This document shows positions 44,427-54,761 of a stretch of 64,000 bases of DNA, one piece after another. The notes under the pieces are model-generated. The model ran no database searches, was not told where the DNA came from, and was given only the letters and a program-made list of their open reading frames with translations. The translations under genes and the position numbers were made by a program. This DNA is from an uncultured Alphaproteobacteria bacterium (GTDB lineage: Bacteria > Pseudomonadota > Alphaproteobacteria > Rhizobiales > Kaistiaceae): assembly GCA_963782395.1 (NCBI GenBank), contig CAWAJQ010000003.1, positions 71,364 to 135,363 on the forward strand, read 5' to 3'. Position 1 is the first letter of the stretch. Every line of letters begins with the position of its first letter.

Positions 44427-44999
44427 ATGACATCGATCATTCGTACCGTTGCCGTCGTTGCCCTGCTGGGCGTCGCCGGCTCCTATGCCGTTCCTGCCTT
44501 TGCGACCGAAATGACCGTCGAGGTCGGCGGCGCGGCCATGTATCCGTCCAAGAACATCGTCGAGAACGCCGTCAACTCGAAGGATCACACGACCCTGGTC
44601 GCTGCAGTGAAGGCCGCTGGCTTGGTGAAGACACTGGAGGGGCCCGGCCCCTTCACGGTCTTTGCTCCGACCAACGAAGCTTTCGCCAAGCTTCCCAAGG
44701 GCACGGTCGAGTCCTTGTTGAAGCCGGAGAACAAGGCCAAGCTGACGAAGATCCTCACCTACCACGTGCTGCCCGGCGCGTTCTCGACGGCAAAGATCGA
44801 AGCCGACATCAAGAAGATGGACGGCAAGGCCTCCTACAAGACAGTCGAGGGCGAGACGCTCACCTTCGCCATGAAAGGCGGCAAACTGTGGGTGATGGAT
44901 GATTCCGGCGACACCGCACAGGTGACCATTCCTGACGTCAATCAGTCGAACGGCGTGATCCAGGTGATCGACACGGTGCTGCTGCCCAAGATGGGCTGA
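44427..44999 (+). CDS. Fasciclin (FAS1) domain protein, secreted
   Basis: Signal peptide. [35 protein letters not shown] and [13 protein letters not shown]. Confidence 0.85.
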   Translation: MTSIIRTVAVVALLGVAGSYAVPAFATEMTVEVGGAAMYPSKNIVENAVNSKDHTTLVAAVKAAGLVKTLEGPGPFTVFAPTNEAFAKLPKGTVESLLKPENKAKLTKILTYHVLPGAFSTAKIEADIKKMDGKASYKTVEGETLTFAMKGGKLWVMDDSGDTAQVTIPDVNQSNGVIQVIDTVLLPKMG

Positions 45000-45043
45000 G
45001 CCCGGGGGCTGCTCCCGTGGATCACGGTCTGCACAACGCGAAA

Positions 45044-45068
45044 CGACCCGCCACGGCGGGTCGTTTTA
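45044..45068 (+). terminator. Rho-independent terminator
   Basis: GACCCGCC..GGCGGGTC stem followed by GTTTTAT. Confidence 0.7.
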
Positions 45069-45080
45069 TGTCGCCCCTAG

Positions 45081-45696
45081 TTACCGCGCGGGGAGCAGCG
45101 TTCCCTTAAACACTAGGGGGCCCTGGGGGGCGCCCGTCGGCGAGCCGCCCTTCTGCTCCAGCGTGATGGCAAGTGTTTCGTCAGTCGCAGGCGCCGTGTT
45201 GATGACGCGACGAAAGTTCGCCTTCTCGATCACGCCCAGGGAATGCGGGGGCCGAACGTGTCGCCAATTCATCGCGGCTCCAACCGTGACAATAGGCAAG
45301 CAGCACCAAGCTTCGGCGCTCATCGTCGAGCCCCTGAAGGCAGGTGGCCAATTGGGAAGCGGCCAGCAGGCGATCGCCGCTCGTCATAGGGTCGGCCAAT
45401 CGTTCGTTCAATTCCGCGTCGAGCGTCGTCGAGGCCGCTGAGACCCGCTGCGCCCCCCGCCGGGCCGCATCGATCGCCGCATGACGCGCGATCGTTGCCA
45501 TCCACGCGATCGGCGAAGCGATGGCGGCGTCAAAATCTCCAGAGCGCGACCAGATGCGCAAATAAGCCTCCTGCACCGCATCCTCTGCGGCCTTCTCGTC
45601 ACTCAAGATACGGCGCGCGGTCGCTAGCAGTTTCGCGGACGTGGACGTGTACAGAAGATGGAAGGCCCGTCGGTCGCCGGCTGCCACACGCCCCAT
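45081..45696 (-). pseudogene. ECF (SigK-like) sigma factor with a disrupted 3' end, joined to a remnant of an RskA-type anti-sigma C-terminus
   Basis: Regions 2-4.1 are intact (DAVQEAYLRIWSRSGDF...IAWMATIARHAAIDAARR...RRSLVLLAYCHGWSRDELA). The frame then decays into Arg-rich sequence. The -1-shifted frame reads ...LGVIEKANFRRVINTAPATDETLAITLEQKGGSPTGAPQGPLVFKG, whose end matches the RskA C-terminal signature (E..GGSPTG.P.GP) as I recall it. A C5 run (plus-strand G5 at 45247-45251) sits at the junction. Confidence 0.5.
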
Positions 45697-46483
45697 CAGG
45701 TTAGCGAGATTGTCTGCGCCCAAACTGCAACCCTGTTTCGCGACGGACTGTCGCTTCCAGTTTAACCTGGCCTCTTGTGCCACAGACCCTAGGGAGATTG
45801 CCAATGTGCCGCTGCAGACGGCATCCATGTCGAGGCGACCAGAGCGCACGGCACCTCCGATCAGAGCAATTCCATTCTGCAACCAAGACGAGCAATATTG
45901 ACCTGCATCAAGGCCATCGCGAATTTCTCTGGCAGTGATGCCGGCCGCCAAGACATAGGAGGGAACCGATCGCCCGCCGATGTTGTCGCCGTCGCTCGGT
46001 CATTGATCGTCTTCGCGTCGGTCCTCGCCTGGAGCGCTGACCTCGCCCATTAGCACGGGCGCGGTTGGCTCATAGGGTGACCAAGCTTCGTTTTGCCGAC
46101 GCTATCGCGCGCGTTCCTGCGAGTGCGCGGGATCTACCGCGGTAAGTGCCGGTTGCGTTCCGTCTTCGTGTCATACAACGAGGCCAAAATGGCCATGCAT
46201 GGTTATGCGCCAGCGGCGAAGACGTCCGCCGGCTTCGATCGCGGCGACCACGGACTGCCGCGAGCGCACGGGCGATATCACGTAAGATATATCTTGACGC
46301 CATCCAGCGGCGCGTTTATGTGTATCGCACGATATATTCGGAGGCTCTTGGTGATCGATCCCCAGGCGCCGGCGACGGTCCCCTACCCCCTTACAATCGG
46401 CGACGCGGTTGTTATATGGGCTGGGCCGTTGCGGCAACGCGGCGGCAGAGAGCTTTTCCCTCGGCATTAGGTGGGTGACGCTG

Positions 46484-47602
46484 ATGGCCACAGGACTGCT
46501 CAAGCCGAGCCGTATCGTTGCGGTCGGCGTTGTCATCGCGGCCGTTCTCTGGATCGGATCCGGAGTCTTCACCAACGATTCGCGCGCCGGCGAAGGCGGC
46601 AACAAAGAGCCGCCGACCGTTCCGGTGCAGAAGGTGGCGGTCACACCGGCCGCCCCGGAACTGCACAGGCGCTCGGTGACGCTCTCCTGCGTGACCCAGG
46701 CCGACCACAAGGCATCGGCAACCGCGCGCGGCGGCGGCGTGTTGCTCGGCCTCGTGGTCAGTCGCGGCGACGTGGTCAAGGCGGGCACCGTCATCGGCCG
46801 GATTTCCGACGAAGGACGTCAGGCGGCGGTCGATCAGGCGCAGGCGCTGCTCCAGCAGCGCCAGGCCGAGTACGACGCCAACAAGAAGCTCATCGACCAG
46901 GGCAACCAGCCGCGCAACAACCTGGCGGCGCTGGAAGCGGCGGTTGCGGCAGCCAAGGCGGGTCTGTCCGCTGCTCAGGCCGAACTGGACAAGGTCGCGA
47001 TCCGCGCACCGATCGACGGCAAGGTCGATCGCGTGCCGGTGCAGGTCGGCCAGGCCGTGCAGGTCGGCACCGAGATCGCCGAGATCGTCGATCCCAACCC
47101 GATGCTCGCCGTCGGCGCCGTCAGTGAATCCCGGCGCAGCAGCATGAAGGCCGGCCAGGAAGCAACCGTCCGCTTCATCGACAACACGACGGTCAGGGGC
47201 AAGGTCAGCTTCGTCAGCCTCAGCGCCGATGCGGCCACGCGCACCTATCGCGTCGAGACGCGCATGGACAATGCCGACGCGGCGATCCCCGACGGTGTGA
47301 CCTGCGAAATGGCCGTCGAATTCGGCGCCGTCAGCGCGGTCGCTGTGCCGCGCTCGGCGATCGTCTTCTCCGACGACGGACGCTTGGGCGTGCGCATTGC
47401 CGATGCCGAGAGCCGGGCAAAATTCGTTCCCGTCGAGGTCGTCGACGACGGCACCGACCTCATCTGGCTGACCGGCATCGAAAAGGCATCGCGGGTGATC
47501 GTGGTGGGGCAGGATTTCGTCAAGGACGGCGACCTGGTTCAGGCGGTTGCGGCTGCGAAGGCGGACGTGAAGGCTGACGCCAAGACGGAACCGCCTGCAT
47601 GA
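46484..47602 (+). CDS. RND efflux periplasmic adaptor (MFP/HlyD family)
   Basis: Start MATGLLKPSRIVAVGVVIAAVLWIG. Coiled-coil and barrel regions (IRAPIDGKVDRVPVQVGQAV). Confidence 0.85.
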   Translation: MATGLLKPSRIVAVGVVIAAVLWIGSGVFTNDSRAGEGGNKEPPTVPVQKVAVTPAAPELHRRSVTLSCVTQADHKASATARGGGVLLGLVVSRGDVVKAGTVIGRISDEGRQAAVDQAQALLQQRQAEYDANKKLIDQGNQPRNNLAALEAAVAAAKAGLSAAQAELDKVAIRAPIDGKVDRVPVQVGQAVQVGTEIAEIVDPNPMLAVGAVSESRRSSMKAGQEATVRFIDNTTVRGKVSFVSLSADAATRTYRVETRMDNADAAIPDGVTCEMAVEFGAVSAVAVPRSAIVFSDDGRLGVRIADAESRAKFVPVEVVDDGTDLIWLTGIEKASRVIVVGQDFVKDGDLVQAVAAAKADVKADAKTEPPA

Positions 47603-50600
47603 GGCGTATCGTAGGACTGGCCATCGATCACGCCCGGCTGACGCTGGCGATCCTTGCCTTCCTGCTCATCGCCGGGGCGCTCGCCTATCAGGCGATCCCG
47701 AAGGAAGCGAATCCGGACGTCACGATTCCGTACGTCTACGTCCAGCTCTCGCAGCGCGGCATCTCACCGGAAGATTCGGAACGGCTGCTGGTCAAGCCGA
47801 TCGAGACCGCGCTCAAGGCGGTCACCAACGTCAAGGAGATGCGTGCCGCGGCCTTCGAGGGTGGCGGCTACGTGCTGCTCGAATTCGAGGCGGGCTTCAA
47901 CGAGGATACAGCGCTTCAGGACGTGCGCGCCAAGGTCGACGACGCCAAGCACGACCTGCCGGCCGATGCCGACGAGCCAAGCGTCCATCAGGTCAGCCTC
48001 AGCCTGTTCCCGGTGGTCGTTGTCACCCTTTCGGGCGATCTTTCCGAGCGCACGCTGACCACCATCGCCCAGCAGGCGCAGGACACCATCGAACAGGTAC
48101 CGGGCGTGCTTTCCGCCACGCTTCAGGGTACGCGTGACGAGGTCGTCGAGATCATCGCCGAGCCGATGCTGTTGAAGAGCTACGGCGTGTCGCTCGACCA
48201 GTTCGTCGGCGCCGCGGCGGCCGGCAACAGCCTGGTGGCGGCCGGCGCGCTCGAGGGGCCGCAGGGGCGCTTCGCGGTCAAGGTCCCGGCCCTGATCGAG
48301 AAACCGGAAGACGTGCTCAACATTCCGGTTGCCGCCTCCAATGCCGCAACGGTGACGCTCGGCGACGTCGCCACGATCAAGCCGACCTTCCGCGACGCCA
48401 CATCGGTGACCCGCGTCAACGGGCATCCGGCAATCGCCATCGAAGTGGCCAAGCGCGCCGGCGCCAATCTTATCGACACGGTCGCCGGGGTGAAGAAGGC
48501 GCTCGCCGCGGCGCAGAAGCAATGGCCGGATACGCTCAAGGTCGAGTTCCTGCAGGATCAGTCGACATTCATCAAGGACATGCTCGACGAACTGCAGAAC
48601 AGTGTCATCACCGCCGTCCTCCTGGTGGCGGTCATCATTCTCTTCTTCCTCGGCGGTCGCGCCTCGATCTTCATCGGCATCGCGGTGCCCTTCTCCTTCC
48701 TGGTCGGCATTCTCGGCCTCAGCCTGGCCGGGCTGACGGTCAATATCGTCGTCCTGTTCAGCCTGATCCTCGCCGTCGGCATGCTGGTGGACGATTCCAT
48801 CATCGTGTCGGAGTTCGCCGAGCGAAGGATGAGCGAGGGCATGCCGCCGCGCGAGGCCTATGCCTTTGCGGCGCAGCGCATGTCCGGCCCGGTGATCGCG
48901 GCGACGCTGACGCGCATCGCGGCGTTCTCCCCCCTGCTCTTGTGGCCGGGCATCGTCGGCCAGTTCATGGGCTATCTGCCGCTGACCCTGATCGCGACGC
49001 TGTCGTGTTCGCTGGTGGCGGCGCTGATCTTCACGCCAACGCTGGGCGCGTTGATCGGCAAGAGGCAGATCGAGCACCACGACGCGGCCAGGGGCGAAGG
49101 CCCCTACATCAAGACCGTGCGTCTGGCCGTGCGCCATCCGGGCATCACGATCCTGTTCGCCTTCGCCATGCTGATCGGCGTGCCGATCCTCTACGGCATG
49201 CTCGGCAAGGGTGTCGAATTTTTCCCCAATGTCGAGCCCGACCAGGGCGTGGTGCTGATCCATGCGCGCGGCAACCTGTCGCTGGCCGAGAAGGACCGGC
49301 TGGTGCGCGAGGTCGAGGCGCGCATCCTGCCGATGAAGGAGCTGTCGAGCGTCTATGCGCGCTCCGGCGACATGGGACAGGGTTCGCAGGACATTACCGA
49401 GGACGTGATCGGCCAGATCCAGTTCGAGTTCATAGACTGGCAGGAGCGGCGGCCGGCTTCGGTCATCATGAACGACATCCGCAAGAGGACGGCCGATATT
49501 GCCGGGATCAAGGTCGAAGTGACGGCACCCCAGGGTGGTCCGCCGACCGGCAAGCCAATCCAGGTGCAGTTGTCGAGTGACTATCCGGATGCATTGCGTG
49601 CGGCCGCACTGCAGGTTTCCGGCGAGCTTGCCAAGAGTCCGGAGGTTCGCGACCTCGACAACGGGCTGCCGATCCCCGGCATCGACTGGCGCCTGGAAGT
49701 CAACAAGGCGGAGGCAGCCAAATACGGGATCGGGGTCGGTTCGATCGGCAATGTCGTCCAGCTCGTCACCAACGGCCTCAAGATCACCAGCTACCGGCCG
49801 CAGACCAGCGACAAGCCGGTCGACATCATCCTGCGCGTGCCGGACGACCGCCGCACGCTGACCCAGCTCGACGAGCTGCGCGTGCAGACGGCGGCGGGCT
49901 CCGTGCCGATCGGCAACTTCATCAAGCGCGTGCCGGCGCTGTCGACGGGAATCATCCACCGCGTCGACGGCAAGCGCGTCATCACGGTCACCGCCAACGT
50001 CGCCGACGAGACGCAGACCGCGGCCGTGCAGGAGGCGATCAAGAAGGAGCTCTCCGCGGCCGATTTCAAGGGCCTGGTGACCTGGAAGCTGAAAGGTTCC
50101 GACGAGGAGCGGCAGAATGCCAGCGCCTTCCTCGGCAAGGCCTTCGGCGCCGCGATCTTCCTGATCTTTGCCGTGCTGCTGGCGCAGTTCAACAAGCTGA
50201 CCAGCGTGGCGCTGGTGCTGTTCTCCATCATCCTGTCAACGATCGGCGTGTTCGTCGGCGTGATGGTGATGGGCCAGGCCTTTGGCGTGGTGATGACCGG
50301 CATCGGCATCATCGCGCTCGCCGGCATCGTGACCAACAACAATATCGTTCTGATCGACACCTATGACCGGCTGCGCTTCGAAGGAATCCCGGTCGAGGAA
50401 GCGATCCTGAGGACCTGTCGCGAGCGCGCCCGCCCGGTGCTGCTGACGGCAGGTGCGGCGGTGCTCGGCGTGCTGCCGATCGCATTTGGCATCAATGTCA
50501 ACTTCGTGCACCGCGCGATCACCGTCGGCGCGCCCTCGACCCAGTGGTGGGTGCAGCTTTCCACGGCCATCGTCTTCGGTCTCAGCTTTGCGACCATCCT

Positions 50601-50769
50601 GACGCTGGTGGTGACGCCGGCGCAGTTGGCGCTGGTCGCCAAGATGGCGACGTGGCGCCAGCGCCTCGTCCGGCGGTGGCGCGCGCGGGCCCGCAAGGCG
50701 TCGCGCAGCGGCGGCGGTCTGGTGGCGTCCGCCCGCCGTGCCGGCAACGGAAACGGCAAGCAGGGCTAG
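47599..50769 (+). CDS. RND efflux transporter permease (AcrB/HAE family)
   Basis: 1056 aa with a 12-TM AcrB-like organisation. 4-nt overlap with the adaptor gene. Confidence 0.9.
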   Translation: MRRIVGLAIDHARLTLAILAFLLIAGALAYQAIPKEANPDVTIPYVYVQLSQRGISPEDSERLLVKPIETALKAVTNVKEMRAAAFEGGGYVLLEFEAGFNEDTALQDVRAKVDDAKHDLPADADEPSVHQVSLSLFPVVVVTLSGDLSERTLTTIAQQAQDTIEQVPGVLSATLQGTRDEVVEIIAEPMLLKSYGVSLDQFVGAAAAGNSLVAAGALEGPQGRFAVKVPALIEKPEDVLNIPVAASNAATVTLGDVATIKPTFRDATSVTRVNGHPAIAIEVAKRAGANLIDTVAGVKKALAAAQKQWPDTLKVEFLQDQSTFIKDMLDELQNSVITAVLLVAVIILFFLGGRASIFIGIAVPFSFLVGILGLSLAGLTVNIVVLFSLILAVGMLVDDSIIVSEFAERRMSEGMPPREAYAFAAQRMSGPVIAATLTRIAAFSPLLLWPGIVGQFMGYLPLTLIATLSCSLVAALIFTPTLGALIGKRQIEHHDAARGEGPYIKTVRLAVRHPGITILFAFAMLIGVPILYGMLGKGVEFFPNVEPDQGVVLIHARGNLSLAEKDRLVREVEARILPMKELSSVYARSGDMGQGSQDITEDVIGQIQFEFIDWQERRPASVIMNDIRKRTADIAGIKVEVTAPQGGPPTGKPIQVQLSSDYPDALRAAALQVSGELAKSPEVRDLDNGLPIPGIDWRLEVNKAEAAKYGIGVGSIGNVVQLVTNGLKITSYRPQTSDKPVDIILRVPDDRRTLTQLDELRVQTAAGSVPIGNFIKRVPALSTGIIHRVDGKRVITVTANVADETQTAAVQEAIKKELSAADFKGLVTWKLKGSDEERQNASAFLGKAFGAAIFLIFAVLLAQFNKLTSVALVLFSIILSTIGVFVGVMVMGQAFGVVMTGIGIIALAGIVTNNNIVLIDTYDRLRFEGIPVEEAILRTCRERARPVLLTAGAAVLGVLPIAFGINVNFVHRAITVGAPSTQWWVQLSTAIVFGLSFATILTLVVTPAQLALVAKMATWRQRLVRRWRARARKASRSGGGLVASARRAGNGNGKQG

Positions 50770-50969
50770 GCTGAAAGGCGCGGCGCCCGGCACATGTGCA
50801 TGGTGCCGGTGCGTTTCGTGGTGGGCGGCGCTGTGCGTTTGCGGGTGCCGTACTTTCGGCGGCGGGTTGAAGCAACGATACGCTGTGTAGTCTTCTTGTT
50901 GAGGGAGCATAATTGCTTGCCGCTTTGGCAAGGTCGGTTGAGCGATGAGAACATAGGGGGAATGTTCCG

Positions 50970-53001
50970 ATGCTGGTCCGCCGTCTTCAGTATATTGTCG
51001 TAACCCTGTCCCTTGCTGCGACAGTCTTCGCTTTAGGCATGCGCGCCTCTCACGCCGATGTCGTTGCGGAGTGGCTTTATTGGGATTCCATCGGGAACTC
51101 GGTCAACAAGGGAGTGTCGAGTTTCAACGAATATCAGGCAGAACGCCAATCGTGGCTCGACCATATCAAGGCGGCCAAGGCCGAACTCGCGCGCTGCGGC
51201 GGGTGCGCGGCCGCGCAGGCCGACTTGAATAAGTGGCAGGGTATCGAGGATCAGTTCCAGGCCGTGGCGGGGAGCCTGGCAAACTACGTCAAAATGCCTC
51301 CGATCGTGGCCAGATGGCTCGGTATCGACATGCCGATGGCCTCCGGCGACCCGGAAACGGAAAAGTATACGAAGTGCGCTATCCAGCGCCCGCCGTGGGT
51401 CGATGACCTCCCCCAATACTGCCAGGCGGCGGTCGACGACCATCTCAGCTGCCTCAGAGCCTATCAGCAGGCGCACAACGGTTCGTGCCTGAGCGACTAC
51501 GAGATGTTTCCCGGCGGGACGTGCTGGGACAGTTTCAAGCTCGATAATCTCTGCGCCGCTCGCGACTTCGAGGGCTACAAGCAGGAAATGGCCGTGCGCG
51601 CGCGGCGCAAGGGCGGCGAGATCATCCCCGAATATTCGAATAAGGCCCGTACCTCTTTCATCGACTACAAGCATGTGCCCGATGATTTCATGCCGAAACT
51701 GCCCCCACAGGACGTCGTCGAAAAGGCCCATGACGACTCCCAGGTCATCACCCTCCAGATGCAAAAAGACGGCAGTGACGCACTTACGGAGGTCGATCTG
51801 GACTGGCTTAGACCAGGGATGGTCATGGCGAATTGGGAACGCTGCCCGCAACAGGAAGCCGATCTCGATCCAAAAGAGAAAAGAATTTGCGAGACGATCG
51901 TTCACAGGGGCCTGATCATCGGGCCACAAGATCGAGATGATGTCATCGTGTGCCGCTACGGGGGCGACGGATACCAGGAGCCCGAACCCTATGTGTTCTG
52001 GTACAGTCCGCGTCCGCGAGGCGCCGATCCGAAATCCCTTTTGCGGCAGGCCGACTGGCATCCGTATTTGCGTGTTGGCCCCCAGCGCAGCGATTGCCCG
52101 GCGAAACGGCAGGAGGCGCAGGCGATCCTGGACAAGGACTGGGCACAGAAACGCGAGCTCGCGCTGCACGTGGACCGAATCCCGTATGACCAGCCGGTGC
52201 CGCGCCCGCAATGGTATCTCGACAGACTCAAGAAGCAGGAGGAGAGGGACCGCGATAAGGCCGCGTTGGCAAAGCGCCGGCAAGAGGCAATGTCCGGCTT
52301 TCAGTTGCCAGGCACCTACGATTTGAAGTTGGAGGGGTCCGCCTTCGTCCGCAACGCAACCTGCGAGGTTGGGCCGGACGAGGACACGGTTTGCAAGTAT
52401 GTTGACGGAACCTACGATTCTCCGCATTTCTCCCAAAGCTTTGCTTACGGACTGCCAGTCCTCTCAATGTTGTTCGGCAAATACGACACGCGTACCATCA
52501 ACTTCGATTTCGCCATCGACCTTGAGAGCAAGAAAAAGTCCGGTGAGTATCGCTTCTCAAGCAAACCAGATAAAGACAGCGGAGGAGTTCTCGGCAACGC
52601 TGTTAAAGACCGGCGACATGCCAGTGCTTACGGACGTACCGGAGGGTACCTATTCATTTTATCTCCAAGACAGAGACGACTCGACGCAGGCTTCCGGCAC
52701 CTGCCAGATCAATGAGATAACGGCCAAGAACGATTCCGAACGCAAATACAACCTGGGCTGTCAGTCAAAGGGCGGCGTCAAATTCGACGGGGACGGAACA
52801 ATTCGGGACGGTATTTTTGACGTGGATTTGACCGAGACCCGTAAGAATAATGAACGGTGGGCGCTTAATAGGTATTTCTTTCTTGACTCCAATTCGCGGT
52901 CCGGCGCGCCCGATATCCGACTGATCGGTGGGCGCGACCGCATGGGTAGCGGCCCCGGAATCGGAGGAGAGCTCATCCGGATAGGGAGGCTCGCCAAGTG
53001 A
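50970..53001 (+). CDS. Large orphan secreted protein (about 675 aa if repaired), lower GC, apparent +1/-1 frameshift near 52530-52575
   Basis: Signal peptide MLVRRLQYIVVTLSLAATVFALGMRASHA. The 50970-52715 ORF becomes Arg-rich and low-GC3 after ~52565. The overlapping frame (to 53001) turns protein-like there with higher GC3 (TAEEFSATLLKTGDMPVLTDVPEGTYSFYLQDRDD...). No recognisable domain. Confidence 0.6.
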
Positions 53002-53278
53002 CATCCTTGAGCCCTTCATAGCTAGATAGAACCAATTCGACGGAGCGATATACCGTCAGGATCAAGCCGGCCGGCGAAGGTCATACCAGGGATACGGCCG
53101 AGTCCGACGGCTCCGATAATCGCGCAAAGCGCGCCTTCCTTCGGGTCTCTCGACCGCCGGGCGCATGGGCGCCGATCCCGGCTCGCCGGATGCACCTTGG
53201 TCGTTCTTCGCCAGTCTCGAAGCCGAATCGCTGCGCCGGTCGTAAAGCGGAATTGACTCTATCTGGTCGAAAAGGGCT

Positions 53279-53707
53279 CTACTTGCCGGCGAGTTTCTTG
53301 CGGGTCTCTGGCGGCAAGGTCAGCAGCGAGTTGATGGTGGCGGCCTGGGCGCCGCCCAGCATCGCATCCAGCTCGACACGGATCGCGGCCAGCTTGGCGT
53401 CGATGGCGGCGCGATCCGGCTGGTCGGCGGCCAACAGCGACCCGAGATCGGTGCGCAAGGCATGCAGCCGCTCGATATGGCGCTGCGCATCGGGCCGGCC
53501 GGCGGCCACCGCCGCCTCGACCTTGGCCATGGCATCGGCCGGCAGGCGCGCGCCGAGCCAGCGCAACTCATAGCGCAGCACCCCGTGCCGGTGACGGTCC
53601 TTGTCCGCGTCGAAGCGGAGCATGTCGGTGGCGGCGGCGCCGATGAAAAAGGCGTTCAGCGCCAGCGACAAGAAAAGGCCGACGCCGAGCCAGCGTCTTC
53701 CGGTCAT
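53279..53707 (-). CDS. Periplasmic heavy-metal-sensor / CpxP-Spy-like protein (Metal_resist-like)
   Basis: 142 aa with an N-terminal TM/signal segment and helical repeats (LTLPPETRKKLA). ATGA overlap with the upstream gene. Confidence 0.6.
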   Translation of the reverse strand: MTGRRWLGVGLFLSLALNAFFIGAAATDMLRFDADKDRHRHGVLRYELRWLGARLPADAMAKVEAAVAAGRPDAQRHIERLHALRTDLGSLLAADQPDRAAIDAKLAAIRVELDAMLGGAQAATINSLLTLPPETRKKLAGK

Positions 53708-54024
53708 CTCTGATCCACCACTGCCGTGCCGAAGATCAGCGGGTCCATCACCACGACCTCCTGCCCCGGCGGCGTGCGCGGCCCGACCAGCACGAGATCG
53801 GTGAGGCTGCCGAGCCCGGCGGCGATGATCAGGGCCGCGGCAACGGCAAACCAGATGGCGCGACGCGCCCGGCGGCGCTCGGCGATACGCGCCACGACGC
53901 GATCGGCGATGCGTTCAACCGCGCCGGAAGCCGCGATCTCATGGTCGAGCGCCTGGGCGGCACGGGCGAGCCCGGCGTCGAGCGCACGGACCTCGTCAAG
54001 GATGATCGGGGTGTCACCGGTCAT
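53704..54024 (-). CDS. Putative membrane anti-sigma factor
   Basis: 106 aa with a single TM (IWFAVAAALIIAAGLGSL). ATGA-coupled to the ECF sigma gene. Confidence 0.55.
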   Translation of the reverse strand: MTGDTPIILDEVRALDAGLARAAQALDHEIAASGAVERIADRVVARIAERRRARRAIWFAVAAALIIAAGLGSLTDLVLVGPRTPPGQEVVVMDPLIFGTAVVDQR

Positions 54025-54605
54025 GGCTTTTCACCTCCGTCGGCGAAGCCGGCGCGCAAGCGGCGGCGCCCACGCGCCAGCAGGGATTCGTATGCCTCTT
54101 CGTTGAGCCCCATGACGGCAGCGGCTTCGGCCTGGCCGAGGCCCTGGAAATGGCAGAGCACGATCGCGGCCCGCTGACGCTCGGGCAGCGCCGCGATGGC
54201 CGCCTGCACGGCGCGGACATCCTCGAGGTGCATCAGGCGGGTGCCGGGCAGCGGTGCCGGGTCGGTCAGGTCGTCCTCGACGAGGTCGATGGCGATGGAC
54301 GGGCGCAGCCGGCGCAGCCGGTCGATGCACAGCCGGTAGGCGACGCGGTGCGCCCAGGTCGAGATGCGGCCATCGGGCTGCCAGTTCGCGGCCTGCTGCC
54401 AGATGCGGATGAGCACCTCCTGCACCACCTCCTCGGCCTCGGCGGGGCTGGCGGCAAGCGTTGCACGGGCAAAGCGCAACAGCGTCGGAGCGAGGCCGCG
54501 CACCAGCCGGGCGAAAGCGGCCTCGTCGCCCTCGGCGACGGCGGCCATGATCGCCTGGTCGGCGTGAATGCGTGCCCAATCCAGCGAATCGCGCGACCGA
54601 TCCAA
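54021..54605 (-). CDS. ECF-type RNA polymerase sigma factor
   Basis: EEVVQEVLIRIWQQAANW...STWAHRVAYRLCIDRLRR...LPERQRAAIVLCHFQGLGQAEAAAVMGLNEEAYESLLARGRRRL. The start is uncertain: TTG at 54605 or ATG at 54548. Confidence 0.8.
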   Translation of the reverse strand: MDRSRDSLDWARIHADQAIMAAVAEGDEAAFARLVRGLAPTLLRFARATLAASPAEAEEVVQEVLIRIWQQAANWQPDGRISTWAHRVAYRLCIDRLRRLRPSIAIDLVEDDLTDPAPLPGTRLMHLEDVRAVQAAIAALPERQRAAIVLCHFQGLGQAEAAAVMGLNEEAYESLLARGRRRLRAGFADGGEKP

Positions 54606-54761
54606 GCCGCACTCCCAAGCCGTGAGACTGCCCCGCCGGCGACGATAGCCGATGATCGCGGCCCTGGCACGGCGCGTGTAGGCGTGACGCAGCGGCCGTG
54701 GCGGCACGGCACCAGCCGGCGATGCTATGGGCAATGAGACGGCGGGCACGCTGCCCTCCCT

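Noticed and set aside
45697-45951. 85-aa N-terminal extension of the ECF sigma ORF.
   Set aside because: ECF sigma factors begin close to the ...GD..AF..LY motif, and the extension has no sigma-like features. The ATG at 45696 was chosen as the start.
45952-46483. ORFs 46093-46470 and 46146-46478 (+), 46171-46794 (-), and the palindrome AAGATATATCTT (about 46283-46294), in the spacer before the RND adaptor gene.
   Set aside because: The ORF translations are low-complexity and Arg-rich with no RBS or motifs. The palindrome is short, AT-only and could arise by chance. It is noted only as a possible regulator site.
50785-50812. Hairpin CCGGCAC-(9 nt)-GTGCCGG after the RND permease gene, as a possible terminator.
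   Set aside because: The stem is short and there is no real T-tract (TGCGTTTCG), so it is too weak to call.
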